The position numbers and the translations under genes were made by a program. The notes beneath the pieces are model-generated. The model did not search any database. It had not been told where the DNA came from and worked only from the letters and a program-made list of their open reading frames with translations. Source: Lama guanicoe (taxonomy: Eukaryota). From it: 64,000 bases of DNA. The stretch spans positions 6,174,270 to 6,238,269 of the forward strand of contig MU054212.1 of assembly GCA_013239625.1 (NCBI GenBank). The letters are read 5' to 3'. Below, one piece after another: positions 39,101 to 50,205 of the stretch (position 1 is the stretch's first letter; every line of letters starts with the position of its first letter).

Positions 39101-42100
39101 ATTTCAAATTCAGTATGCTTCATTTAAAATTGTTCTGTAGCTCTTCTGGACATCCCACCTTTAAGTGTCCCTTGTGTCAAGAGTCAAATTTTACCAGACA
39201 GCGTTTACTGGATCACTGTAACAGTAACCACCTGTTTCAGATAGTCCCTGTGGTAAGTACGTATGTTTAAGATTCTGTTTAAGGTATGCTGTTCCATTTT
39301 TTCACTTCATGTGTACAAGGGAAAGTAGTTGATTTAAGTTTGGATGGGGCATTATCAGTAAAGTAGATTTTGTCAACAAAAGACTGATAACTGTGGAGCA
39401 AAATAAGGTGTTTAAAATTCCAGTAACTAACTTATAAAAAGGGAGATGCTTTTTGTGAGAGTAAAGTAAGAGAATATCCTGGAAAAGAGCGAAGTAAGGA
39501 AAGCTGGACTGGGGACTCCTTTCTGAGGAGTGGCAGAAACCGGACTCTCTTGGGGCCTCTTAGTCTCTTGGTCTGTAGGATGCAGGTAGCCTGTATCTGG
39601 TCAGGGAATCTGCAGTAGGTGAAAACACCTATGAGTAAGAATAAAGTCAGTAGATATTTTAAATTATATTCTTGAAGAATCTAGTATATGAGTGCATAAA
39701 GCAAGGAAGGAAAAGAGTCTTACTTTTATTTTGATGCCAGTTTGAGGGTGTGTAAGAAAGTGGTAAGACCTGTTGGATGATTGAGGAAGATAAGCAGAGT
39801 GCAGGATTCCAAGGTTGGTTAATGGTCCTACAACTCCTGTTTTGGAACGTGGGTTCCAATTTCAACTGTGGATGGAACAGGAGAAACTGAGCTGGTAGAG
39901 ATACTCCCCACCCCCCCATTTTTTGGAATGTGGAGGCACTGGGGATTGAACCCACGACCTCATGCGTGCTAAGCATGTGCTCTACCACTGAGCTATACCC
40001 TCCCCCCGAGATACTTCCCATTTTGATGTATAAATATTTTCTTCAGAAATTAGAAGGCACATGTTGCAGATAAAATAAGGGTTGTGGATAAATCTAAGCA
40101 GTTTAAGTGGATGTGCTAGAAAAAGTCGTGGAAGAATGTGCCTCAGTATGCCCTTAAATTCTCGTATACCTTGCTCATTGGGAGAGGGTCAGTTACTGTT
40201 AAATAAATATATGCAGTGCCAGAGACATCTCCAGGAGAAATCTCATATTTAAGAGATTTCATTTGTTACATGGCATTATTCAGTATAGCACAGACTTCTG
40301 ATATAGTCAGTAAAGTTCTGTTATTTCATTTCAGTCTGTAATCCATTTACTTTTTAATATGTACTTCATTTGAAACCTTAAGGACACAATTTAAAGCTTC
40401 TTTTACTTCTAAATGAAATTAAGCTAATCACAGTTATTGTGTGGCTCTAATGAGATTACATACTGGTTAATGATAATTATCATTATAGTTGGTAAAGGCT
40501 GGATGTGATGTTTCTGTTGAAACAATATAATAATCAGATTTAAGAAGAAGAATATGTAAGATCGCTCTTTTTATTGTGTTGTGTTTTATTAGTGTGATTT
40601 CTCTAAGGTAATTTGGTCTAGAAATTCTCTAGTCATGAAATTTGGCCCTTAGAAAATGCATTTATGTAGATGTTTTCGGTAACATAAACCCATGTTATTT
40701 TAATACTTTCAATAATTACAGTGTTTGATTATTTTCATTATCTTCTATTTAAAACATTCTGTTTCTCATAGACATGTCCTATTTGTGTGTCTCTTCCTTG
40801 GGGAGATCCTAGCCAGATTACCAGAAATTTCGTTAGTCATCTAAATCAAAGACATCAGTTTGATTATGGAGAATTTGTGGTAAGTGAATTTTTCAAGATT
40901 AAGTAAGAAAATACCATTTAAATATTAAAGTTAAACTAACTTTTTCAATCTACAGTTGAGTTTTGAGGAGAGATACTATATCATACTGGATGGTTACAGA
41001 GCATGTTCTATTGTTTGTATAATATAGGTTATCTTTGGCAAAGCATGAGCTTAATACCTACTTCCCAAATGTGTCATGATAATTAAAAAGATGACTTCTG
41101 TTTTATTAACTGGGAAATTGCATCTTTTTGTTTATCTTCAGTGAATTAAAACCTTGTCTAATTCAAGATTAATCCTGACAAAGAGTGGTTCATACTTGTT
41201 TCCCAGTTTAATTTAGCACAGGCAAATCTAACAACAGCATAAACAATTTACATTTTCTTTGCTCTCCAGTGTTGAAATTATATCATTCTTGATAGTGTAA
41301 TTTGCATTTTTAGTCATACTATTTAAAAATAGTTCAAATGTATGTAAAATTCAGATTTACTCATTTTATCATTTTTGTGACATAATTGTAGATTATTCTT
41401 AAATTCTCATTGTAAGAACAGAACTATGTATTTGGAAAAATAAAACATATTTTGTGAATCACTTTTAATCCAATTGTCAGATTGTTTTACCTTGCCACAG
41501 ATGAATATGTAATTTTAATTATTTGAGATTGTCCAGTGGAGGTCTGTCTTAAAGCAAATCCATGGACCTAATTGAAAGAAAACAGAATTTTTTAAGCTAA
41601 GGAGTAGTAGTACAACCAGATTGAGTGAGCTTTAGTTTGTAGCTTTATGTTGTGATTAAGACATTGTTAATTCAACTCTTTTAATGTAATAAATGCTTAT
41701 TTTCTTTAAAATGAATTTACCTTCAGACTATTTGGCATTCTTTTCTAGAGATGACACAAAATTTATCATTTCTGATTGTGGGTTACTCTTTGCTATACTA
41801 CTTCCAGCTAATGATTTATCATGAGGCACTGTAACTCTCACATTTCATGCTCTGCTGACCTTTCTGGTTTATCAGTTATTGCTAAATAATTATAGCTGAG
41901 CTTAATTTTTTATTAAAGTTCAGGTCTTTAATTTCTTGTATTTTAAAGGATAGTATATAATGTAACAAATTGAAGTATATGTAATGTGAATCAAGATATG
42001 TAAGTTATTGGGCAAAGTATTGAGTAATTGAGTATGTTTTTCCTATTGACATGTTAATGTTACTGTTTTTAGAATCTTCAGCTAGATGAGGAAACCCAAT

Positions 42101-42141
42101 ATCAAACTGCTGTTGAAGAATCTTTTCAAGTAAACATCTGA
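18057..42141 (+). CDS. RNF138: E3 ubiquitin ligase RNF138 (NARF), 245 aa; join(18057-18166,28406-28571,30072-30187,38256-38312,39141-39252,40772-40879,42073-42141)
   Basis: All introns GT-AG with consistent phases. 110+166+116+57+112+108+69 = 738 nt. RING C3HC4, C2HC, two C2H2 fingers and a UIM. Confidence 0.97.
19075..19225. mobile_element. MER5A-like DNA transposon
   Basis: caaacctggctgc...tcagaatc.cctggggaactt...cccaggctcca...gaggcctagaaatct.tattt. Confidence 0.65.
19392..19516 (-). mobile_element. Camelid tRNA-derived SINE (small internal deletion)
   Basis: gtactggggattgaacctaggacc...ctaccacttgagctataccctcccc. Confidence 0.85.
20575..21540 (-). mobile_element. L2 LINE fragment
   Basis: ttcat...tcaaaca...ttgttgaatgc start, followed by a purine-rich degenerate L2 body. 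Confidence 0.55.
23353..23384. repeat. Alternating purine-pyrimidine (TG/CG) microsatellite
   Basis: cgtgtgtgtgcgcgcgcacgtgcgtgtgtgtg. Confidence 0.9.
24039..24209 (+). mobile_element. Camelid tRNA-Ala SINE with 15-bp TSD, inside an L2 fragment
   Basis: TSD AAACTCATAG(A/G)TTCA at 24024-24038 and 24210-24224. Confidence 0.9.
24489..24557 (-). mobile_element. Degenerate camelid SINE
   Basis: aatggaggtacagggatagaacccag...ctctaccattgagctgttaccctcccc. Confidence 0.7.
25392..25464 (-). mobile_element. Camelid tRNA-derived SINE head
   Basis: ggtactggggattgaacccaagacc.tgtgcatgctaa...gagctataccctccc. Confidence 0.8.
25757..27045 (-). mobile_element. Old L1 3' region with a nested sense L1 3' end (26047-26155)
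   Basis: ttttgagatcattgtagattcacat... body. Nested piece flanked by GAATGTTA at 26039-26046 and 26156-26163. Confidence 0.8.
27281..27905. other. Assembly gap (625 N) in RNF138 intron 2
   Basis: Run of n, preceded by a short (TAT)n. Confidence 1.
28406..28571 (+). CDS. RNF138: RNF138 coding exon 2
   Basis: tttag|; [55 protein letters not shown]; |gtagag. Confidence 0.96.
29735..30037 (-). mobile_element. L1MA/MB 3' end
   Basis: taaaatgtaccattttaactgtttttaagtacac...aagtacattcaca..attgtg.aa..atcaccactatccatttccaga. Confidence 0.8.
30072..30187 (+). CDS. RNF138: RNF138 coding exon 3
   Basis: tacag|; [38 protein letters not shown]; |gtaagc. Confidence 0.96.
32345..32367. repeat. (ATC)7 microsatellite
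   Basis: Direct reading. Confidence 0.85.
32660..33110 (-). mobile_element. MaLR-type LTR
   Basis: tagtcaggatcctgg.aggaaacagat...ctcaaatt.gataattt...aagggactattt. Confidence 0.55.
34825..36480 (-). mobile_element. L1 fragments (3'UTR and ORF2 end)
   Basis: Poly-T start. Minus-strand ORFs 35594-35866 and 36207-36419 resemble degenerate L1 ORF2 ([46 protein letters not shown]). Confidence 0.88.
38256..38312 (+). CDS. RNF138: RNF138 coding exon 4
   Basis: ttaag|; (S)[18 protein letters not shown]; |gtaagc; 57 nt, phase 2-2. Confidence 0.92.
39141..39252 (+). CDS. RNF138: RNF138 coding exon 5
   Basis: ctgtag|; [37 protein letters not shown]; |gtaagt. Confidence 0.96.
39919..40007 (-). mobile_element. 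Camelid tRNA-Ala SINE
   Basis: Near-intact tRNA head. Flanks gagatactcccca / gagatacttccca form a TSD. Confidence 0.9.
40772..40879 (+). CDS. RNF138: RNF138 coding exon 6
   Basis: catag|; [36 protein letters not shown]; |gtaagt. Confidence 0.96.
42073..42141 (+). CDS. RNF138: RNF138 last coding exon (UIM)
   Basis: ttttag|; [22 protein letters not shown]. Confidence 0.96.
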   Translation, partial: NLQLDEETQYQTAVEESFQVNI

Positions 42142-43680
42142 AGGCTGTAAACATCTCTGCATCTTTGTACCTGCAAGTGCCATCTTTAAGGAGAAAACTA
42201 CATGAAGTCACCGTTTCAGTAACTTGATATGTATATTAATAAAAGTAATTCAGTGTGTTGTTTTAGTTTTTCAGTTGAAAAATAAAGGTGGGCCATCTAA
42301 AAACTTCATCCTCTTGATAAGTTAAGAAATGAAAGTTAGGACATTATCTTTAAAAGCAGTAAAAGGATTGTATTTCATTAATGTAATGGTGAAAAGGGAA
42401 TCCTTGTTGTACTTAACCTTTTCTGTATTACATATTCTTGAATTTTACCTTACGTTGCTTTTGAAATTTGGTGCAGTTCCTCCCACTGACATTATTGTGC
42501 ACAGGTAACACAATACCAAATTCTGAAAGATGCGTTGGATATAAACCTAACAAATCTGAGCCAGTTTTCTGAGTTGCAGAATGGAGACTTGAAGTGCTAA
42601 ACAAAACAATCCAAAGGAAACTTTTTTAATACAGATTCTAGCCGAAGAATTGAACTATAAGAAAATTGTATTTATATAACGTTTAGTATTTTTGAAGACT
42701 AGTGAGATTTCTTTAATAATTTTAACTCTTTAAAAGTAAAAGCTCATTGTATAGATATTTCCTTTTTACTATTAGAAGGAAGTATCAAGAGAAAAATTTT
42801 ACTTTGATGGGCAGTAGATAATTTCAAAACTTTTTTGTTTGGCTAAATAATTTTTAAGCCTAAAGTACAGTGAGCTGAGTTACAGCTCTTTGGCCTCTGA
42901 ATTTTCAGTTGCTAGAGTTTTCTGGTTAGCTAAGATGAAACTAAGCTTTCAGTTAGTGATACATTCTACATATATATTTAGATGAGAGATTTGACTTCAT
43001 CTCAGTTTAGGAATTCATTCGAAGCTAAAGATGTTTATGTGTATATACATACACTTTTGTATGTGTATACACACACACACAAGTATGCATGCAGCTGTAA
43101 GGTCATATACAGAATTTCTAGTAAGATTTTTTAAATGGACAAGCAATATAGGATTGAAGTAAATATCTGGTTGGATTAAAATTTTGTATATCACCAAATT
43201 TTTAAAAAGTATAGTAACACGCTAAGTCGTCCAGTTGGCTACTGTTATACCTTAAAAATTGAGTTTACACACCGACACAATTACCTGTTCATATGGTGCT
43301 CACTTGTTATCTTAGAGATAATGTATGACTGCAGTAATGGGACAGGTTCTACCAGCCATTCTGTCTCACTGCTTTTTAGTCAAAACTGGGTTTGTTTTTA
43401 GTATTCATTGAGAAACAAAATAACTTGTACTAGAAGGTCCAAATCCCAGAATAAAAGATGAAAGGTGGATTAGCTGACATTCCATACTAATATACATTGT
43501 TTATTCTTTCTTTGAAATAAATAACTAAACAAAAGAAAATCTCAGAAGTAGTTTGCTGCTAATATATACATATATTGTATAAAAAGGTATATTTTGGTTT
43601 TGTTAAAACCCTTGTTGACTTTTCTACAGTGAACATTTTTTAAACTTGATTTAATAAAAAATGTTAATTTTGAAAGTGGA
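42142..43680 (+). other. RNF138: RNF138 3'UTR with several poly(A) signals
   Basis: AATAAA at 42238, 42281, 43450, 43516 and 43653. The last is followed by GT/T-rich sequence. Confidence 0.7.
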
Positions 43681-45074
43681 GTTTTGTAAAAACCTTTTTC
43701 AGTCAAACAGTAATGACTTTATTTATGGGTAGTAATAACAGTCACCAAAAAAGCCATACATGTGAACATATGCCTTGGTTTTGTCATTCAAAATAGTGAT
43801 GTTTACTATGTGCTTGAACATTTCTCTGCAGTTACGTGAGTGTAATTGTAAGGATAGCTGTTTAACAAACTCTTTTTAAAGACTTGACCATAGGTCAAGG
43901 TTTTCCAGTTTAAAGCAATAACTTTAGTACTTTCTTTCAAAATTTAGTACTTCCAGTATGTCAAGTTAAAACCATTCTGAGATCTGAGAACTTCTTTAAA
44001 GGAAATTTGTAGGGATCATCTTGATGAAATTGTGTTTTGAAGTTTGTGGATTAGTTAAATATCATTAATAGTCGTGTGTCTTTCATAGATGTTTTTTCAT
44101 AAGGAAAATACTGACTTTATTTGCTGTTATTTGGGAACTCCTCAGTATGCAAATGTTTGTTTAAAACCTCCCATCCTTTTGTCAATGAATTAGGAGTAGG
44201 GATTGCCTTTACAGATAGTTTAAATTCATGAGAAATTCCTTGTTTTTAATATGCATATAGCTGAGTTAGGATAAGGGAGGGAAACTGTATTGATAACTCT
44301 ACCTAAATTTCATAATACTTTTAGGAAAGCTATTACCCTCAACAAATTACAGTTTATGTTGTTAAACAGAATCTTATTTGAGATGTATTGCTTTATTTTT
44401 CAATTAAACGTGGTTTTCTCCTACTTGTGTGTCTAATTAAAATTTTGTCTAGAGGCAAACATGGTAACATTTAACTCACGTAACTCACCCTGAAAGACAT
44501 GTAGGAGATAACCCATTATTTTGCACTTGAAAAAGTAGGTAGTCGAAAGCTACCACATGCTGATGCTGTATGTTGGGTTTAACTTTATAAACCTATTTTA
44601 TCTTTATTTCAAACGTTAATCAACTTACAAAGTTGTTTTGTCAAGTGTTCACGCAGCAGGATTTTTAAGCCTTGCTAGCAGCCAGGCAGAAAGCTAGTTA
44701 ACTGGTTAACAGACATTTTAAAGTGGAAATATTACCCTTAAATAAGATATTAGGGTTAGAAGAATATATTGCCAAATACAGTGTCATAACACCTGTTGCG
44801 TGCTTAATAACTATTAATGACTAGTCTTCAGTGAATCATAACTTTATAGGAACCTCTTCAGGCTGCTACTCAAAGAATAAACCCTTTGTGGAGGCAGTGA
44901 AATGTGTAGAAAAGGTGCCGCCCAGAATACATGTAAATACATGTAGTATAAAACTTAGAAGTACGAGTAAAGTACTCATTCTGTGATACCATTGGGTATG
45001 CAGTGTAATTACACAGTACAATTCTGAATGAAGATGGGAAATGGAACAGAGTTACGTGGATAGCCAACACCTGG

Positions 45075-46570
45075 CTAGCCTTTCCCCAAATAACTGCCTT
45101 GGCACCTTTGATGATAATTTATTGACCTTATTAGAAGGGTTTTAGGACTCAGAATTCTGTTCTATTGAACTATATCTGTCCCTACGCCAGCACTACACTG
45201 TCTTGATAATTACAAATTTATGGTAAGTATTGAAATCCATAAGAAATCCTCCAACTTTGTTCTTTGTCAAAACTCTTAGTTATTAATGTCTTTTGCATTT
45301 CCATATAAATTTTAGGATCTACTTGTTGGCTTCTGCAAAACATTTGGTACATTCTTTTTTATTTATTGAGGTAAGATTGGTATGTAACACCATATAAATT
45401 TTAGGTTTATGACATTGAAAATCGATGTTTGTATACACTACAAAAGTGATCACCACCATAAATCTAGTTATTCCATCACCAGGCAGTTGATCCCCTTCAC
45501 CCATTTCACCTTCCCCCACATTCCTTTTCCCTCTGGTAACCAGCAGTCTGTTCTCTGTTCTATGAGTTTGCTTTTATTTTGTTTGTTTTTTTAGATTGCA
45601 CATATAAGTGAAATTATACAGTGTTTGTCTGTCACCTAGCAAAATACCCTCAAGGTCCATCCGTGTCTCAGATGCTATGTCTTTTATGGCCAGTATTCCA
45701 ATGTATATATGTAACACATCTTTATCCATTCATTTACTGATGGACACTTAGGCTGTTTTGATATCTTGGCTATAGTAAACAGTTCTGAGGTGGTAGGTAT
45801 CTCATTATGGCTTTTTATTTTCATTTCCGTGATTGTGATGTTGAACATCTTTTCACGTCCTTGTTGGCAATTTGTATGTCTTTAGAAAAATATCTATTCA
45901 GATCCTCTGCCTGTTTTTTAATTATTTGGTTGTTGAGTTGTGTGAGTTCTTTGTATATTTTGGATATTAACCTCTTTTTAGATATATGATTTGCTAATAC
46001 CGTCTCTCATTCCTTGGGTTGCCTTTTCCTTTTGTTGATGGTTTCCTTTGCTGTGCAGAAGCTTTTTAGTTTGATGTAGTCTTACTTATTTTTGCTTTTG
46101 TTTCCTTTAGCTTTGGAGTCAGGTTTTTTTAAAAAATTGCTAAGACCCATGCCGAGAAAACCTATGTTTTCTTTTAGAAATTTTATGGTGTCAGGTCTTA
46201 AATTCAAATCTTTAATCCACTTAATGTTAATTTTTGTGTATAGTGTAAGATCGTGATCTAGTTTTATTTTTTTGCATGTAGCTGCCCAGTTTTTTTTAAA
46301 AACACCATTTATTGAAGAGGCTGTTACTTGTTGAATACAGGTGGGAAGAGTGGGCATCCTTGTCTTGTTCCTGATCTTAGAGGAAAAACCTTCAGCTTTT
46401 CACTACTGAGTGCGATGTAAGCTGTGGATTTGTCATTTCTGGCCTTTATTATGTTCAAGTATGTCGTCTCTGTACCCACTTTGTTGAGTTTTTATCATTG
46501 ATGAATGTTGAATTTTGTCACATGTTTTTCCTGCATCTATTGAAATGATTATATGATTTTTATCCTTCAA
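45075..46570 (-). mobile_element. Nested L1 fragments
   Basis: L1 3'UTR and ORF2 remnants. ORF 46082-46357 reads [32 protein letters not shown]. Confidence 0.85.
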
Positions 46571-47582
46571 AAATGTACATTCTTAAATGTAGAACTTCTT
46601 TAAAAAAGAAATCTCATATAACATTTAATGAGCCCATAATGAATATGGTATGGTATTAAAAATATACTGTCAGCATATAATACTAAATGTAAGAAAATAA
46701 TTTTCTAAACATTTACATAGTTGGACTATATTAAGAAAAATATTCATAGAGAATACTATTGGAGAATCAGCACACTTCCCACGTATGGGTTGCTTATTGC
46801 TCATCTAGAATATGAGCAAGTTCTTGCACTGTTTCCTAGCAAATTTATTCCTGTAAAAAAGAGTGCTAACAAACTTCCTACAAAGGTTACATCCCTAAGC
46901 AACACTGTATGCAGTTTCTTTTAAAAACTTCGTACGTAAGTCTTTTTCTCTTGATCTATTCATCCATAAATCTGTCCATTCTCTCTAGCTAGCTACCTGT
47001 TTGTTGTGAGAAACTTTATTTTTGTGTGCTAGCTGGTGGTTTAGATTTTTTTTGATGCTTCAAAAAGGTGTTTTAAGGATTCTGCAGATAAGTAAATACT
47101 TCACACTACTTTAGGTGGATTTAAGTTTCCAGGAAATCCACTTTTTGCTTGTGTTAGCATGTTTTGCTTTGAAAAAGTAGTAATTTTTACAACGTTTGAA
47201 CAGTGTTGTGTTAATATTCAAATGCTTTTTAAAATAGGTCACTTTAATAAGTCCTTTCTTGGTAAAATACAGACCTGCCCCCACTAATCTTGCGTGTACC
47301 TGCACCATTACAGTATTGAATTTTGCATTTTTTCAATCAATTCTGTTTTCTCACCTGGTTCCTCATTAAAAAATTTTTTTTTAATATCAATGAATAATCA
47401 CATCCCATTTATGCCTATTTTTAAAGAAAATATATAAATTTTATTTATTATAAATCTATGATTCATTCAGGTCTATTTTTGACTAATCATTAACTCATTC
47501 ATTTACCGTTTTTAGTGTTCACTGCAAAGGACAAGATATTTGCCCCCACTGTTCTCCCAAATTCTAAATAAATTAATGACAG

Positions 47583-47707
47583 TTTATTTTTGAGGGGAAT
47601 AATTAGGTTTATTTATGTATGTATGTAGTGGAGGCACTGGGGATTGAACCCAGGACCTCATGCATGCTGAGCACCCGCTCTACCACTGAGCTGTACCCTC
47701 TTTCCCC
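47583..47707 (-). mobile_element. Camelid tRNA-Ala SINE
   Basis: taattaggtttattt...ggaggcactggggattgaacccaggacctcatgcatgct...ctgagctgtaccctc. Confidence 0.88.
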
Positions 47708-48019
47708 AATGAAAGTTTAAAGGTAGACTTGGTTAGCTTTTTGTGCTCAATAATTCTCTCTCCTACTTTTGTTTCCTCTTCAATAAATAACATTGCCTTG
47801 GCTTATAACCCAGTGAACTTCACAGGGATCCACCGTTTTTCCCTAAAGGATTTACCTTTAGTCGATTAAAGGTACTTCAGAAAATCTTTCTCATGATTCC
47901 TTTAGGTCTTTTATATACAGGAAGCTAGCCCGGTAGTGAATGAAATGACCTAGAAGCCTAAATTCTTTTGATAGAGATTTAATTATGTATCTCCTAAGGC
48001 TCCTAAGAGCTTGTCTCAT

Positions 48020-48544
48020 TGATACAGGAAAATGGGGCATGAGAGGATGGCTGTGTCCCAGGTCTGTGTCGAGTCCCTGGGATGCACCCCACCAAATGAG
48101 GATCCTTGGCTTCATGCAGGAAAGAATTCAAGAGAGAGCCGTAGTTGAGTAAAAGTAGATTTATTTAGAGAGATGCACACCATAGGTCTTCTCAGAAGGC
48201 AAGAGAGCAACCTGGAGGCCTCAAGGTGCTGTGTTGCTGGTTTTTATATGCTAACAAGTGGGGATTATTCCAACTACCCTGGGGAAGGGGCGGGGATTCC
48301 CAGGAATTAGGCCACCACCCACTCCGACTTGTCATGGTTAGCCTGGAACTGTAATGGTGTCTGGGTGTGTCACTCACCATGCTAGTACATTATAATGTGT
48401 GTAATGAAGCCCCAGGTCCCCTGCAGGTCGAATCTCCCGCCGACTTGGGCCTCAGGGTCTGTTGGGAGTTGACTTTTCTGCCATCTCGGTGCTAATTGCT
48501 GTGTTATTCCATGAATGACTGTGCCCTGCCCCCTTCCTGTCTCA
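48020..48544 (-). mobile_element. ERV1-class solo LTR
   Basis: ggatccttggct...gcaggaaagaattcaag...agatttattt (reverse poly(A) signal), ending cctgtctca. Confidence 0.65.
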
Positions 48545-48585
48545 CTATGGATTGTCTATCTCTGAGCTAATTAGTGGGCATCTGC

Positions 48586-49140
48586 TGTTAACCCAAAAAC
48601 TAGGTTCACCTCTTGGTGGGTGTCGAGCCAAAAGACACAACCAAGAGAAAGACTGGGAGAAGGAAGGATTTATTTACCTGCAGCAAGTAAGAAGAACACT
48701 GGGGCTCTTCCCCTAGACACTGTCTCTGAACAGCAAAATTGAGGAAGTTGTAAGCTAAGGATATATGCATATTCATGAAGGGGCTTGAGCAGAGGAGAAC
48801 ACAGCATAGAATAGGGCCCAAGGTCAAGAGAGTCCAAGTTTTAGTTGACTAAAGTTAGGAAAGGCAACATCATAAGTCCATCCTCCATCTGAGTGGGGGC
48901 CTTACTCCCTGCAACTCAAAGACCACCATCAGCTTGTGAGGTAGATCCCTCGAGGAGGAGCTAGAATGCTGAAATATCATTTCTTGACTGCTTTTCCTTT
49001 GTTCCTGTATTTCTGCACTCCTGTAAGACCATTGATGATGAAACCTGTTCAAGGGCAGGCAAAGATCCCAAGATGGCTTAGGTCAAAAATGGCTTCTCAT
49101 GTCAAGAGGGCCATGCCTGGGTCTCTTTCTCCGGGGACCT
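48586..49140 (-). mobile_element. Second ERV1-class solo LTR
   Basis: tgttaacc...ggttc...gagccaaaagacacaacc...aaggatttatt pattern of a reversed LTR U5/R region. Confidence 0.6.
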
Positions 49141-50186
49141 ATCTGCTTGCACTTCTACCGGGAGAAGAGAAAGCAGGACTTTCTTTCCCCATTTTCCATC
49201 CCCTACTAGGTAGTGAAGGTGATTTTTTGGTAACTTCTTGGAAATGTCAGTCTCAGCCAGTTTCCGGTCCAGTTTCAAGGGATGAATGAGCTGTAAAAAG
49301 ATCTTTGAATAAGTGACTGTGAAATGGGACACTCGGGTAGAGGAAAGAGAGAACAAACATCGGGTGATACAGTGGTTGGTCAAACTGTATCTCAGGAATA
49401 CCCTATGGTTCAGTGTGAGATTCTGTTTAGAAAAGAAAAAAATTATGTAAGGTTCTCCTAGGAATGCTTGAACAAGTCTGCTAAAAACAAGATCCTGGAG
49501 TGCTGCCTGGGCTGGAGAAGCTGGGAATACAGTCCCAGTGCTTCACATCAAAACAGTGCTGCTCTTCCTTCTGCCTGGAATGTCTAACCTCCTCCTGACC
49601 TTGGGTCCTTTGACCTTCTGGCGTAAGCCTCAGCCTTAAGACATCCCTGACTCCTTCAGAGAGATTCAAATGCTCTTTCCCAGGCTCCCAGTGGATGAAG
49701 ATCTTCAATGTAAGAAGATTGCATCACAGCACTGTCCTGCGGTCCCTCATGTCTCTTCATGGGGCTGGGGCTCCTCCAGGCAGTGGCTAACTGGCGCTCC
49801 AGAAATTCTCATGGAAGGAATTTGTTATGGCTCGTGGGATATTGGAGTTCTAAAATAAAAAATTACATGGTAATTTGGGGGAGAAAACCATAATTATAAC
49901 CCGACTCTAATGTAACGTGCAACCTTGCCATGATTTTAAGCCCTTGGGACACTTGTTACCCTGAAAGACATAAAGTGTTGTAATCCATTTTTATGAGTCT
50001 ATGACAGGAAGACTGGCAGCTCTGGGGAAGGAAGGACATATTTCTACTCTTCATCTGTCCCATAAGGAACACGCTGTTCCTAAAAGCAGGGTGGAGTTAG
50101 TGGTAGGGATGAAAACGTAGAAGGTGTTGGAAATGGCATCAAATTACAAGAGGCACAATAAGGCTGGTGAAAACACATATCTGTAA

Positions 50187-50205
50187 CAGCCACGAGGTGG
50201 CAGCC
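50187..50205 (+). promoter_or_regulatory. CTCF motif, forward orientation
   Basis: CAGCCACGAGGTGGCAGCC closely matches the CTCF consensus. Confidence 0.6.

Noticed and set aside
39930..40007. tRNA-Ala(AGC) gene-like sequences here and elsewhere
   Set aside because: TSDs, tails, imperfect acceptor stems and dispersed copies show they are SINEs.
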